The notes below the pieces were generated by a model. It did not search any database. It was not told the origin of the DNA and was given only the letters and a program-made list of their open reading frames with translations. Source: a virus (taxonomy: Duplodnaviria > Caudoviricetes). From it: a stretch of 57,451 bases of DNA. Shown here one piece after another: positions 24,949 through 35,546 of this stretch. The stretch spans positions 1 to 57,451 of IMG/VR virus record IMGVR_UViG_3300027637_000001; one strand, given 5' to 3'. How positions within the stretch are numbered: position 1 is the first letter of the stretch; each line of letters begins with the position of its first letter. The position numbers and the translations under genes are program-made.

Positions 24949-26057
24949 TACGCGTCCTCCTCGACGATGTCGGCGAAGTCCTCGCTCCAGACCCGCCGCA
25001 GCTCGTGGGACATGACCCCACCGGCCACCAGCGGGAGGGTCCACTGCTGCTCGCGGTACTTCTCGCCCTTCCACCCGATGACGTCGAACGTGTCGTGGCG
25101 CGGGTCGATCGCGGTGCTGAAGTTGACCCACCGGTACGTGGCGTAGTCGGCCTGCCCGAACGCTTTCGCCATGCGGGCGGCCTGCCCGTTCGAGGTGACG
25201 CCCTGCACGTCGTACTTGCGGACGAGGGCCCGGCCCCGGTTGGCCTCAGAGTGCGGCGCCGACGCCGGCACCTTCCACTCACCCCAGATCGGGCCGGACG
25301 ACATGCCCGAGTTGAGAACCAGGTAGACGTTCGGGGCGGCCAGCAGGTCGTCGGACTCCTGCACCGACCCGGCCACCACGTTCTGGCCGGCCACGTAGGT
25401 CAGGGTGGGCTCGACCGACGACATCGACGGCACCGCCCGCAGCACCGCCACGCCCATGTTGTCGAAGTACAGCGAGTAGAACCCGGCCAGCGCGGCGAGG
25501 TCGTTGATGATCTCCAGGCGGGTGGCCTCCGCCTTCCACACCATCCACTCCGACACCGTGGCGTCGGTCGCTTCGATGTCGTGCTCAACGATCCCGCCGG
25601 CCTCGACCTGCTGAACGAGCAGGTCGTACACCGAGTCACCGGGCGCAGCGAACGTGACCCCGCGGGACTCCTCGTCGAGGAGCGCGAGCTGGTCGAGCAG
25701 CGCCCCATCGGTGGTCTGGCCGACCCCGACCGAGGCGAGGTCGACGGACCCGTAGAGCTGCTCGGAGCGGGTGGCGTCGGCGAACACGAACACGCCCAGC
25801 GGGTACTCGGTGCCGTCCTGCATGACCATCCACGGGCGCAGCCGCTCGGTCAGCGTGTTGATCTCGGCCGTGACCTTGGGGGGAAGCGTGAGCCCGTTGA
25901 GTGCCCGCTTGACCTTCCGGTTGATGTTGTTGGTCACCGACGCCCCGCCCATCTGGACGGTCAGGTCACCTATCCACGAGTTGAACCGGTCGAGGAGATC
26001 GAACCGGAAGCCCTCCGCCCGCTGGCCCCAGCCGTCGAGGGTGAGGAGGTCGCTCAC
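24948..26057 (-). CDS. Minor tail (hub/baseplate) protein
   Basis: YPLGVF, RLEIINDL..GFYSLYFD, DPRHDTFD; position. Confidence 0.75.
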   Translation of the reverse strand: MSDLLTLDGWGQRAEGFRFDLLDRFNSWIGDLTVQMGGASVTNNINRKVKRALNGLTLPPKVTAEINTLTERLRPWMVMQDGTEYPLGVFVFADATRSEQLYGSVDLASVGVGQTTDGALLDQLALLDEESRGVTFAAPGDSVYDLLVQQVEAGGIVEHDIEATDATVSEWMVWKAEATRLEIINDLAALAGFYSLYFDNMGVAVLRAVPSMSSVEPTLTYVAGQNVVAGSVQESDDLLAAPNVYLVLNSGMSSGPIWGEWKVPASAPHSEANRGRALVRKYDVQGVTSNGQAARMAKAFGQADYATYRWVNFSTAIDPRHDTFDVIGWKGEKYREQQWTLPLVAGGVMSHELRRVWSEDFADIVEEDA

Positions 26058-28543
26058 GGCGACGCCGGGGCCGTCACCTGCGCGACGGACGTGTCGTGGA
26101 CCGCGGGCGTGTCGGCGGCCTCGACGATCCCGATGTCGGCCGTCCACAGCTCGGAGCCCTGGGCGTCGCCGCGCCGGTTGGTGCCCTCAGGCACCACCAG
26201 CGACGCGTACCAGCGGTTCCCCTCGCCGTCGCGGACGCACACGTAGGGGATCGGCGCCCACGCCAGGTCCCGGAGGGGCTGGAACAGGTCCATGGACGGG
26301 AGCACCGGCGTGAGCTTGCACCCGGCCGCCAGCAGCAGCCGGCGCGTGAACCCGTCGCCCCGGCGCTCCAACGGACGGAACGCCACCTCGCGGTTGCGGC
26401 CATGCATCCGGCGCAGCTCGACGTCGTCGAACTCCCGGAACGTGAAGTCCCGGACCACCTCGCGATCCCACACCTCGGGGTAGACGCAGCCCATGCCGGT
26501 GGCGGCGTTCGAGCTGAACGCCAGGGCCACCTGGCCGCCCGGCACCGTGATCGACGCCGGGTCGGACCAGTCGCCCACCACGCCGTCGGAGCGCAGGGCC
26601 CGCACCCGGTACTGCGTGCGGACCCCGATGAGGGGCTCCAGGTCGTTCCAGGCGTCGGTGGTGCGGCCGTCCACCGAGGCGACGCGCTGCCAGTCGGGGT
26701 CCAGGTCGTCGAGCCGGTCGACCTGGTAGCCGACCGTGTCGGGGTCGGACTCGGGCACCGGTGACCACGACACCTGGGCGTAGGGCATCGTGTCCTCGGA
26801 ACAGCCCGGGCAGATGGCCTCCCCCGAGCAGATCGTGACGTGATGGGCGGTCAGGGCCCCGTCGCGGGCTCCCACACCGGTGACGGCCGGCGGGACCTCG
26901 ACCAGGGTCGTGAGCAGGTCCGAGGACCGCACCCCGGAGTCCCACAGCGGGAGCGTGACGCCGTCGGCCAGGTAGTTGCCCTCGGCGTGGTCGGTGCCCC
27001 CGGCCCACGTCTGGTCGTTCGTGGTGGCGTCGCTGATCAGCGCGGCGACGTACCACGGGACGGTGTCGGTGGAGTCCGGGGACGAGAACTGGACGCGGTG
27101 CAGCGCCGTGGTCAGGTCGACGCCGTCGTCGAAGCGCATTACCACCGTCTTGTAGGTGACGCCCTGGTCATCGGTGTTCGACACCGGCGCCGACACCGGT
27201 AGCCGGGCGACGTCGTCGGCCGAGACCTCGACCGCGCCGAGCACCCGGGTGCCAGTGGCGTCCACGAACACCTCGGCCCGCAGCGGCGCCGACGGCCGTC
27301 CGTCCTGGGCCCGCCACCCAGCGACCACGAACACCTGGCCGTACACCGTGGTCCCGGCCGGGATGGTCATGAGCTGGGACACGACCTCGTCGCCGTACAC
27401 CGGCGCGCCACGCGACAGCGCGTAGGGCATCGTGTCCGCGATCACCGTCGACCCGTCCCGGATCCGGGCGCAGGGGATCCCGTCGAGCTGGGCGCCGGCC
27501 GCGCCCATCAGCCCGGACACGCCGTTCGCCGAGGTCTGCACCGTCGGGTTGAACGGCTGCGCCCGGCGGACCCAGGTGCCGTCGGCGGCCTGGCCCCGGA
27601 GGTGACGCCACGGGAGCACCGACCCGGCGACGTTGTCGACGTTGTAGTCGGTGATCCGGCGGGCCATCAGGACGAGGTTCTCGCCGGCCGTCGAGGTCGG
27701 CGAGCCCGTCCCGGCCGGGGTGTCCATGCTCACCGACATCCACGAGAACGCCGTACCGGGCGAGCCGACACCGACCCCGCGGCGGCGCTCGGGGATGCTG
27801 AACACCCGCAGGTAGACCCGGTCGACCCGCCAGTAGCCGGCGCCGGCCCGGCACGTGATCCGCATCTTCCGGGACCCACCGGACGCGAAGTCCCGGATCA
27901 TGGTGGGCGTCCACGGCCGCCAGAACGCCTCGTTCGCCTGGACGATCGCCTCGCCGAAGCGGGTGACGCCGGTCGAGAACCCGTTCGACCAGATCAGCGC
28001 TTCCTTGTTCCAGACGGTGAGGCCGCCCGGGTCGTAGCGGCGCACGTTGTAGGGCAGGTTCCCGCGGACGATGACCTCGACAGCGAGCACGTGCCGGTCG
28101 AGCCCGAACGCCCCCGTGCCGAACTGGAGATCCACATAGGCGTTGATCGCCGACGCCGCGATGAACTGGCCGTCGTCGAACGCGTTCAGCCGCGCGATCG
28201 TGACCGGCTGCGTCAGATTCTCGTTGTACATCGCCGAGGACCCGGTGACTGCGGTCACGGAGAAGTCGTTGTAGGTGAGCGCTCCCCAGGGCTCGTCGCC
28301 GGACTCGACCAGCTCGACGAGCATCGGCCGCCGGACGCTGTTGTAGATCGCGGGCAGCGTCGAGGCCTGGGCGCCCTGGCCGGCGTAGAGATCGACGATG
28401 TCGATGTCGCCGGTCGCGCGGGCCTCGAAGTGCAGGGTCTCGACGTCGGCGGAGGCGTCCACCACCCCCTGGGCGTAGCCGACGTCGATGTGCTCGACGC
28501 CCAGCTTCCCGGGGGCGTTCAGGTTCCAGTCGGGGGCGGTCAC
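26054..28543 (-). CDS. Minor tail protein (distal tail-like, FN3-like segment)
   Basis: Directly after the tape measure; YQVDR..W..YRVRA; YVCVRDGEGNRW. Confidence 0.75.
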   Translation of the reverse strand: MTAPDWNLNAPGKLGVEHIDVGYAQGVVDASADVETLHFEARATGDIDIVDLYAGQGAQASTLPAIYNSVRRPMLVELVESGDEPWGALTYNDFSVTAVTGSSAMYNENLTQPVTIARLNAFDDGQFIAASAINAYVDLQFGTGAFGLDRHVLAVEVIVRGNLPYNVRRYDPGGLTVWNKEALIWSNGFSTGVTRFGEAIVQANEAFWRPWTPTMIRDFASGGSRKMRITCRAGAGYWRVDRVYLRVFSIPERRRGVGVGSPGTAFSWMSVSMDTPAGTGSPTSTAGENLVLMARRITDYNVDNVAGSVLPWRHLRGQAADGTWVRRAQPFNPTVQTSANGVSGLMGAAGAQLDGIPCARIRDGSTVIADTMPYALSRGAPVYGDEVVSQLMTIPAGTTVYGQVFVVAGWRAQDGRPSAPLRAEVFVDATGTRVLGAVEVSADDVARLPVSAPVSNTDDQGVTYKTVVMRFDDGVDLTTALHRVQFSSPDSTDTVPWYVAALISDATTNDQTWAGGTDHAEGNYLADGVTLPLWDSGVRSSDLLTTLVEVPPAVTGVGARDGALTAHHVTICSGEAICPGCSEDTMPYAQVSWSPVPESDPDTVGYQVDRLDDLDPDWQRVASVDGRTTDAWNDLEPLIGVRTQYRVRALRSDGVVGDWSDPASITVPGGQVALAFSSNAATGMGCVYPEVWDREVVRDFTFREFDDVELRRMHGRNREVAFRPLERRGDGFTRRLLLAAGCKLTPVLPSMDLFQPLRDLAWAPIPYVCVRDGEGNRWYASLVVPEGTNRRGDAQGSELWTADIGIVEAADTPAVHDTSVAQVTAPASP

Positions 28544-31500
28544 GCGATCCTCGCTTCGACTCGGGCGGCGCGCTGGTCGATCACGTCGGCGGCCCGCTTC
28601 CCGATGCGGTCACCGATCCGGTCGGCCTCGGCGTCGGACACGGGGCCCGCAACGTAGGTCGTGAAGTTCAGGATCGTGGCCCCAGCGTCCCCAGGAGCGC
28701 CGGAGACGGCCGACCGGCCACCGGTGGGCGGTGGCGCCGACGACGAGCCCTGAGCGGCCGCCAGGACGTCCCACAGCCCCGACTGGTTCGCGAGCTGGAG
28801 CGTGCGGCGCGGGTTGGTCAGCGGCAGCAACACCTCCTTGCCGGCCTCGCCGATGATCATGTTCGTGGCCCGGTCGAAGATCCCGCCCTCGGCGCCCACC
28901 CCCGGGATGGCGCCAACGACGTCGCCCACGACCCCGCCGCCGGGTATGGACTCGATCTTCTCGATGAGGTCGGCCACCCAGCCGATCGCCGATTCGATCC
29001 AGCCAATGAGCGTTTCGATCGCGCCCGACACCAGGTCGATCGCGCCCTTCATCACGTTCCAGGCAGTGGTCGCGACCCCGAGCGCGAACCCGAGCCCGAA
29101 CTGGAGGGCGGCGGTGATCGGGCCGAGGGCGGCCGACAGCAGGCCCGTGATGGCGCCCGACACGAACCCGACCGCCGTCTTGAACAGATCCCACGCGCCT
29201 TTCGCCACGTTGATCGCGGCGGTGAAGGCGCCGGCCAGGAACCCGCCGAGGGGGACCAGCACGCTGTTCCAGAGGAACGACGCGGCGGTCGTTACCCCGG
29301 TGATCGCCGCTCCCAGCACGGTCGACAGGACTCCGGCCAGGAACGAGATCACCGGGGTGAGCACGTCGGCCAGGAACCGGCCGAGCGGGACCAGGATGTA
29401 GTTCCACAGAGCGTTCGCGGCGATCGACACCGCGGTGACCGCTACGGCCAGGGGCCCGAACGCCACCACCGCGAGGGCGATCAGGGCGGGCTGCAAGAAC
29501 GTCCAGATGAACTCGCCGAGCGGCACGAGGACGGACTGCCACAGCCACGTCGCCGCGGCCACGATGGCGTCGACCGCGACGAGCAGCGCCCCGCCGATCG
29601 CTTCACCGACTGCGATCACCGCTCCGATGAACGTCGACAGCAGGAACTCGCCGAGCGGCACCAGGACGTTGGTCCAGAGGTCGCCGAGCGTGGCCACGAG
29701 CGCGTCGAACGCCGGGCCGGCGTTGTCGCTGACGAACGTCACGACGTCGGCCAGCGCCCCCAGCAGCAGAGCGATCCCCTGGAACACCAGGCCGTGGGTG
29801 AACGTGTTCAGCCGGACGAACAGGGCGCCCAGCTTGAACAGCGGCACCAGCAGCGGGGTCAGCGCCGCGAGGATCTCGGCGAGCGACACGGCGATCGACG
29901 CCAGGGCCTTGCCCAGCTCGGGCAGCTCGGGGCCGATGTCCTGTAGGAGCCCCTCGAACGTCTCCAGCCAGGCGTCGGCCAGATCCTCCAGTGCCGGCCC
30001 GATGATCTCCAGGGCGTCGATCAGGCCGCTGGCCAGCAGCGAAATGAACTGGTTCAGGATCGGAATGGCGGGCTCGATCGCCTCGAAGAACCGGACGGCG
30101 ACGTCGGCGAGCCCCTGCAGGATCGGCACCAGCGACTGCAGCACGGCCGTCAGCGACGCCGACAGCTGAGCGAACAGGGGCTCCATAGCCTGGACGAGGG
30201 AGCCGAGCCCCTCGGCCAGCGTGTCGATCACCGGGGTGAGCAGCTCCACCAGGTTGGCCAGGAGCGCCAGGACCGGGGGGAGCACGGTCGATGCCAGGGT
30301 GGCGAACAGACCGATGATCGGCTGCAGGGCGCCGCCGATCGCGGAGAACAGGGGGGCCAGCGCCTCCAGGACCGGGCGGAAGTCGCCGGCCACGGTGCCG
30401 ACCGTCTCGAAGATCGACGCGAACCCGTCGGCCAGGCCCTGCAGCGCGACACCGAACGACGGGCCCACAGCGTCGATCACGTCGACCAGCGTCGAGATCA
30501 GGCCGCCCGCGATCGACGACAGCGCCGGGGCGATGGTGCCCAGCGACGACTCGATCGCCGGGATGGCCTCCGACAGCGCCGTCTTGATCGTGGGGACCAG
30601 GGGCTCGAACGCCTCGGTGAGGGCGATCTGGATGGTGTCTTTGAACGTCGAGAACACGCCGAGCAGGGTCTGGGCCTGCTTGGCCATCGCCCCGGCCGCG
30701 CCCGGGAACTCCTTCATGCCCTGGAGCAGGAGGTCGATTCCCTCGGTGGCGGGGATCGCTCCTGACTCGACCAGCTTCTGCAGCTCGCCGGTCGTGATCC
30801 CGAGGCCGTCGGCCATCGCCTGGAACGGGGCGAACCCGGGGAGCGCCTCGGACAGCTGGAGCAGCTCCTGGGTGCTGACCTTGCCGCGCGACGCCATCTG
30901 CCCGAGGGCGCGGACCACGCGGTCGATGGCGTCCGGTGGGGCGCCGAGCACGGCGGTCAGGTCGCCGATCGTCTCGACGGTCGGGATCAGCTCCTCGCGA
31001 GCGATCCCGGCGGCGTCGGAGACGGCCAGCAGCCGCCGGGTGTTCTCGGCCAGCCCCTGGAACTCGAACGGGGTCCGGGCCGCGAACTGCTGCATCTCGC
31101 GGATGAACGCGTCGGCCTCCTCGGCCGATCCCAGCAGCGACTCGAACCCGATGCGGGTCTGCTCGATCGACGCCGAGCCCTTCAGGCCGAACGCGACCGC
31201 CGCTGCCCCGGCGATCCCGAACCCGACCGCCGTCGCCGCCGCCCCGGAGGTGAGCAGCGAGAACGCCGCCCCGGACGTCCCGATCCTGGAGATAGCCCGG
31301 ATGCTGTCGTTCGACGAGTCGCGGAACGACCGCTCGACCGACTCGGCCGCCACCTCGGCCGAGGCCACCACCGGACCGAACGCGTCGACTCCGCCGATGT
31401 CGGCCAGATCCTCGTCGGCGCCGCGCCGCGCCTCAGAGAACGCGTTCTCGATCGCCTCACCGGTGGCCTCGGCCTGTCCCCTCACCGAGGCGAACAGCTC

Positions 31501-31764
31501 GGGGCCGCCGATGTCCCGCAGGACGGCGTCGACCTCGCGCTGGGTCTCCTGGAACTCCCGCTCTACCTGGTTGAGCGACCGGTCGACGTCGCCCAGGATC
31601 TCGCGGAACGCCTCCCGGAACACGTCCTCGATCTGCTCGCCGACGCGCTCGGCGACCTCTTCGATCGCCTCCAGGCGGGCGTCGATGCCGTCCAGGCCGC
31701 GCTCGGCGGCGTCGACATCGGCGTCGATCTCGACGTGGGCCTCGGAGAGGGGGCCGGTGACCAT
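28540..31764 (-). CDS. Tape measure protein
   Basis: 1074 aa, FAARTPFEF, ALGQMASRGKV..EL.QL, long Ala/Leu/Trp repeats, IGEAGKE. Confidence 0.95.
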   Translation of the reverse strand: MVTGPLSEAHVEIDADVDAAERGLDGIDARLEAIEEVAERVGEQIEDVFREAFREILGDVDRSLNQVEREFQETQREVDAVLRDIGGPELFASVRGQAEATGEAIENAFSEARRGADEDLADIGGVDAFGPVVASAEVAAESVERSFRDSSNDSIRAISRIGTSGAAFSLLTSGAAATAVGFGIAGAAAVAFGLKGSASIEQTRIGFESLLGSAEEADAFIREMQQFAARTPFEFQGLAENTRRLLAVSDAAGIAREELIPTVETIGDLTAVLGAPPDAIDRVVRALGQMASRGKVSTQELLQLSEALPGFAPFQAMADGLGITTGELQKLVESGAIPATEGIDLLLQGMKEFPGAAGAMAKQAQTLLGVFSTFKDTIQIALTEAFEPLVPTIKTALSEAIPAIESSLGTIAPALSSIAGGLISTLVDVIDAVGPSFGVALQGLADGFASIFETVGTVAGDFRPVLEALAPLFSAIGGALQPIIGLFATLASTVLPPVLALLANLVELLTPVIDTLAEGLGSLVQAMEPLFAQLSASLTAVLQSLVPILQGLADVAVRFFEAIEPAIPILNQFISLLASGLIDALEIIGPALEDLADAWLETFEGLLQDIGPELPELGKALASIAVSLAEILAALTPLLVPLFKLGALFVRLNTFTHGLVFQGIALLLGALADVVTFVSDNAGPAFDALVATLGDLWTNVLVPLGEFLLSTFIGAVIAVGEAIGGALLVAVDAIVAAATWLWQSVLVPLGEFIWTFLQPALIALAVVAFGPLAVAVTAVSIAANALWNYILVPLGRFLADVLTPVISFLAGVLSTVLGAAITGVTTAASFLWNSVLVPLGGFLAGAFTAAINVAKGAWDLFKTAVGFVSGAITGLLSAALGPITAALQFGLGFALGVATTAWNVMKGAIDLVSGAIETLIGWIESAIGWVADLIEKIESIPGGGVVGDVVGAIPGVGAEGGIFDRATNMIIGEAGKEVLLPLTNPRRTLQLANQSGLWDVLAAAQGSSSAPPPTGGRSAVSGAPGDAGATILNFTTYVAGPVSDAEADRIGDRIGKRAADVIDQRAARVEARIA

Positions 31765-31767
31765 GGC

Positions 31768-32286
31768 CTACAGCGCCGTTCCTGCCAGAGCCCCCGAGCC
31801 GATCACCGGGATGACGGGCTCGCGGAGGGCGGCGGGCTCGCCCAGCTGCTGGCCGGCGGCCACGCTGGAACGGAACGCCGCCCGGTCGCCCCGCCACCAC
31901 GACGGGGCGGGGATGTGGTCGGGCGCGGTGCCGGGCACGTGCTGGCCGTCCTTCCCTCGGGGCGCCCGCTGACCGGGGCCCATCGGCTGGGCGGCCGGCC
32001 GGGCCGCTGTCGGGCGGCGCCCGGCCCGCCGGTCTCGTTCGACCTGCTCGGCCAGGCGCTGCTCCTGCAGGGCCGCCAACAGGCTGTAGTCCCCCGTCAA
32101 CGCCGTGTCGATGGCCAGGCGCGACTCGGCGTCCAGGCCCTCGACCATGTCGGCATAGAAGAGGTTCAGCAGCCGGTCAGCGGGCAGGGTCATGGGGTCT
32201 ACGCCCCGACCTGCGCATCGGCCGTCGAGCTGCCACCAGTTCCGCCGTCCCCATTCGACGAGGTGGACGACGGCTCGGTAGGGCGG
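31768..32286 (-). CDS. Tail assembly chaperone, frameshift extension
   Basis: The -1 frame continues PYRAVVHLVEW..LDG..GVDP..LP.DR.LN; lies before the tape measure. Confidence 0.6.
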   Translation of the reverse strand, partial: PPYRAVVHLVEWGRRNWWQLDGRCAGRGVDPMTLPADRLLNLFYADMVEGLDAESRLAIDTALTGDYSLLAALQEQRLAEQVERDRRAGRRPTAARPAAQPMGPGQRAPRGKDGQHVPGTAPDHIPAPSWWRGDRAAFRSSVAAGQQLGEPAALREPVIPVIGSGALAGTAL

Positions 32287-32705
32287 GCGGTGTAGTGCTG
32301 CATCAGCGCGTTGAAGACGGAGGTCATCTGGGCCAGGTTGATGGTCCGCTGGTCGTGCTCGCGGCGCTTCGCCGGGGTCAGCCCCTTGGCCGGGGGCCGT
32401 AGGTAGAGCTGCCACTTGTCGTAGGAGTCGGGCTCCATCACCGTGCGGATGAACTCGTCCATCCGGGTGAACGCCGAGCCCCCGGCCGTCGCGAGCTTGG
32501 CGCCGGCCTCGGGGTCGTCCTGGTCGATGTCCTGGAGGCTGTCGACCCCGTCGGGGAGTACCTCCGCGATCTCCTCGCGGACCGTGGCCATGTCGAGGAT
32601 CACCCCGCCCGGCAGCTCGGGGACGCAGTGGTAGTTGACCCCGTTGAGCCGGAACGACACCTTCTCCTGGCGCCGGAGCCCCGAGAAGTCCTGTAGCTGA
32701 ACCAT
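32199..32705 (-). CDS. Tail assembly chaperone
   Basis: Position; ends in YTARPTEPSS; GGGAGG RBS. Confidence 0.8.
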   Translation of the reverse strand: MVQLQDFSGLRRQEKVSFRLNGVNYHCVPELPGGVILDMATVREEIAEVLPDGVDSLQDIDQDDPEAGAKLATAGGSAFTRMDEFIRTVMEPDSYDKWQLYLRPPAKGLTPAKRREHDQRTINLAQMTSVFNALMQHYTARPTEPSSTSSNGDGGTGGSSTADAQVGA

Positions 32706-32718
32706 CGTTTCCTCCCGT

Positions 32719-33063
32719 TCAGCTCCGCCCGGCGGGCAGAGCGTTGGTCAGGAATCTACGAGGTGGGATGCGACGGCCACGAGCGTGAGCTATCCGCCAT
32801 GACCTGGGCGCGTAGACCGACCCGGACCCCTCGTGCACCGCGAGGCTGTAGCGGACGTTCGAGCCGACCTCGATCACGAGCCCGTTCGCCGCGGGCATCG
32901 GAGCGGTCCGGTCCTGCGCCGCCCGCAGCCGTCCCCGGTCGACCGGGCACAGCACCTTGGCATGGTTCAGGACCCGTTCGGCCCGGCGGGTCAGGTCCCG
33001 GCCGACCGGCCCGGTGGGGGCGCGGAGCAGCTGTCGCCGGGCGGCCATGTTGCGCTTGACCAT
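32719..33063 (-). CDS. HK97 gp10-like tail completion protein
   Basis: CPVDRGRLR, YSLAVHEG, RRFLTNAL. Confidence 0.8.
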   Translation of the reverse strand: MVKRNMAARRQLLRAPTGPVGRDLTRRAERVLNHAKVLCPVDRGRLRAAQDRTAPMPAANGLVIEVGSNVRYSLAVHEGSGSVYAPRSWRIAHARGRRIPPRRFLTNALPAGRS

Positions 33064-33602
33064 CAGCACTCCCCGCAGTTCGGGATCCCGACCAGGACGT
33101 GCAGCTCAGACCCGGCGCAGCCGCCATCGTTGCCGACCCCCAGCTGCTCCTGCACGATCATCGACGGGTGAAGGCGGCGGGTGTCGCCGTCGTCGAGCTG
33201 ACAGCACTTCACGGCGCGCAACACCGCTTCCCGGTCCGCCCAGTCGACCTCGGCGGCGGCGGTCATGGCGGCCGGCGGCGGCGGGTGGCCGTCGTCCTCC
33301 TGGGTAGGGACGCAGCGCAGCACGGTCACGACGTACTCGACGACCGTCCAGGGGGCCCCGCACGTGTCGGTGGTGAGGAGCTGGACCAGCTCGGGCGACG
33401 CCGACGGGTAGCTGGTGCGGATGTGGACGGTCAGCTGCCCGTCGGGGCACATGCAGTAGTCCCAGGCCAGGTCGGCGCCCGGGATCATGTAGCTGAACCC
33501 GGGGGCCCCGGCCTCGGTCTCCGCCAGCGCGGCCGAGGCGCACTCCAGGAGGCGGTTCCCGATGTCGAGCAGCGCTCCAGGCGCCGGGGTCGGGCCGGCC
33601 AT
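33063..33602 (-). CDS. Tail terminator / connector protein
   Basis: AWDYC.C..GQL.V, VLRCVP, GGCAG; position. Confidence 0.7.
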   Translation of the reverse strand: MAGPTPAPGALLDIGNRLLECASAALAETEAGAPGFSYMIPGADLAWDYCMCPDGQLTVHIRTSYPSASPELVQLLTTDTCGAPWTVVEYVVTVLRCVPTQEDDGHPPPPAAMTAAAEVDWADREAVLRAVKCCQLDDGDTRRLHPSMIVQEQLGVGNDGGCAGSELHVLVGIPNCGEC

Positions 33603-35533
33603 CAGGATCCGCCGCCCTGCAGCAGGTGTCGGCCCTGCTGCTCCCACGTGTCCGGGTTGATGAACACCGGCCGCTCAATCAGCCGGCCCGGGTTCCACGT
33701 GTCGAGGAACCGGTCGACCAGCGCCAGCCCAGTGGACTGGCCCTCGCGGCGCTCCTTGATCGTGGGGAACTTCTGCTCGGTGCCCTGCCGCGACGTCGAC
33801 ACCGTGTAGGCCGGCAGCGCGCACCGGCCGGTCTCGCACCACTTCGCGTACTCGGCCGACAGCTGCGCCACCGCCCACGCCCCCGAGGCCGGCGGCGGCG
33901 TGCCGATCACCGCCTGGATCGACCAGGCGCCCTCACCCGACACCGGGACCGTCCAGTCCTGGCACAGCGGCCACTGCTCGCCGTCCGTGCGCGTCAGGAT
34001 CGCCCGCCCGTCGGCCGCCCACAGCACGTACGCGTCCGCCGGGACGACCACCCCATCGACGATCACCTCGACGATCGACGTCGTCGCCGCGGGCAGCAGC
34101 AGCTCGTCGGCGTCGTTGCACCCGCACCCGCCCCGGCACCGGCCGCACACCGCGTCCCACCACAGCGCCGACGAGCGCAGCGCCGGCCAGCCCTGCCCAT
34201 CCCACCACGACCTCGGCCGCCACCCGTCCGGGGTGCACGACCGGTGGCACGGCCGCAGCGGGACGGTGCACGACCCGAACTGGCGGCCCGACAGGGCCCA
34301 CAGGTCTTCGCTCGCGGCCAGCAGCGACTCGGCGGTGCCGGTCGGCGCCGGGCACGAGGTCGGCAGCGGCCAGGGTTCACACAGCGGGATCATCTCGTCT
34401 CCAGAGCGGCCGGCCACCGCCAGCGTGATCGCTGGCAGCGTGAACGCCACAGCGGCGATCAGGGTCTCAGTTTGCGCCTCCAGGTGCAGGTCGACCGCAG
34501 GCAGCACGTAGGTCAGCTCGGCGGCGACCGGTGCGTCAGCCACGCCGGCCAGCTCCAGCTCGACCGCGGGGAGCGTCCACGCGCCCTCCGCCGCAGCGGA
34601 CGACGACGCCTCGGCGGCCAGCTCGACGGCCGGCAGCACGAGATCCACGACCCCGTCAGCGGCCGCCGACGCGGCCACGGCCAGCTCGACCGGCGGCAGC
34701 TCGTAGGCCACCGCCCCGGTCGACGACGCCGACGCCTCCACAGCGACCGCCACAGCTGGCAGGACAGCCTCCAGAGCGCCCGAGGCGGTCGCTGTGCCCT
34801 CCAGGGCCAGCGACACCGCTGGGAGCACCAGAGCGGCCTCACCGTCCGCCTGGGCCGTCCCCTCGACCACCAGCTCGACCGCGGGCAGCACGTAGGCCAG
34901 CTCGCCGGTCTCCGGCGCCGCAGCCGCCGGGCCCCGCAGCCCAGCGGTCACCACCGTGCCCGTGGTCGTCGCCACCCACGCCGCCGGGTTGTAGCTGTCC
35001 GCGTTGATCGGCCCGGCGCACACCGCCGCCGACCCGAAGATGCCCGCGTTCGTGGACAGCTGATTGTTCGGGAGCGGGTACGTGATCGAGCCCAGCGACC
35101 CGTCGCGGGTCAGGGACACGATCGCCAACCACTCCTCGACCCCCCACGGCGGGTCCAGCAGCGGGGCGTCCCCCGTGTTCACCGCCGTCGCGAACACCGG
35201 GGGCTGCGCCGGGTCGAACGTCCCGGCAGCGAACCGGAACGCCTGCGCCCACACCGCCTGCGTCGCCGTCGTGGTCAGCTGCACCGACGCGCCCGTGGCC
35301 CCGTCGCGCCAGCCCCACGACTGAATCATGGAGTTGCCGTTGGTGTTCGTGATGTCGAGGGGCTCGGTCCACGGGGCCGGCCACGTGATCCCCTGGGGCC
35401 GGTTCCGGCCGAACGCCGCCACGACGATCGTCCGGTCACCAGCGACCGACGCCCCGTCGAGGTTGAGCGTCGGATTCGCCGTGAGCGCACCGAGCAGAGT
35501 CGGGGTCACCGATACCGGCGTCGGCGCGCTCAC
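33602..35533 (-). CDS. Head-to-tail adaptor fused to a long N-terminal fibre-like region
   Basis: C-terminal ASEDLWALSGRQFG.C.V.LRPC..WPLCQD..VSTSRQG..TGLALVD; eight LPAV-type repeats upstream. Confidence 0.75.
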   Translation of the reverse strand: MSAPTPVSVTPTLLGALTANPTLNLDGASVAGDRTIVVAAFGRNRPQGITWPAPWTEPLDITNTNGNSMIQSWGWRDGATGASVQLTTTATQAVWAQAFRFAAGTFDPAQPPVFATAVNTGDAPLLDPPWGVEEWLAIVSLTRDGSLGSITYPLPNNQLSTNAGIFGSAAVCAGPINADSYNPAAWVATTTGTVVTAGLRGPAAAAPETGELAYVLPAVELVVEGTAQADGEAALVLPAVSLALEGTATASGALEAVLPAVAVAVEASASSTGAVAYELPPVELAVAASAAADGVVDLVLPAVELAAEASSSAAAEGAWTLPAVELELAGVADAPVAAELTYVLPAVDLHLEAQTETLIAAVAFTLPAITLAVAGRSGDEMIPLCEPWPLPTSCPAPTGTAESLLAASEDLWALSGRQFGSCTVPLRPCHRSCTPDGWRPRSWWDGQGWPALRSSALWWDAVCGRCRGGCGCNDADELLLPAATTSIVEVIVDGVVVPADAYVLWAADGRAILTRTDGEQWPLCQDWTVPVSGEGAWSIQAVIGTPPPASGAWAVAQLSAEYAKWCETGRCALPAYTVSTSRQGTEQKFPTIKERREGQSTGLALVDRFLDTWNPGRLIERPVFINPDTWEQQGRHLLQGGGS

Positions 35534-35546
35534 GGCGGCCCTCCCG

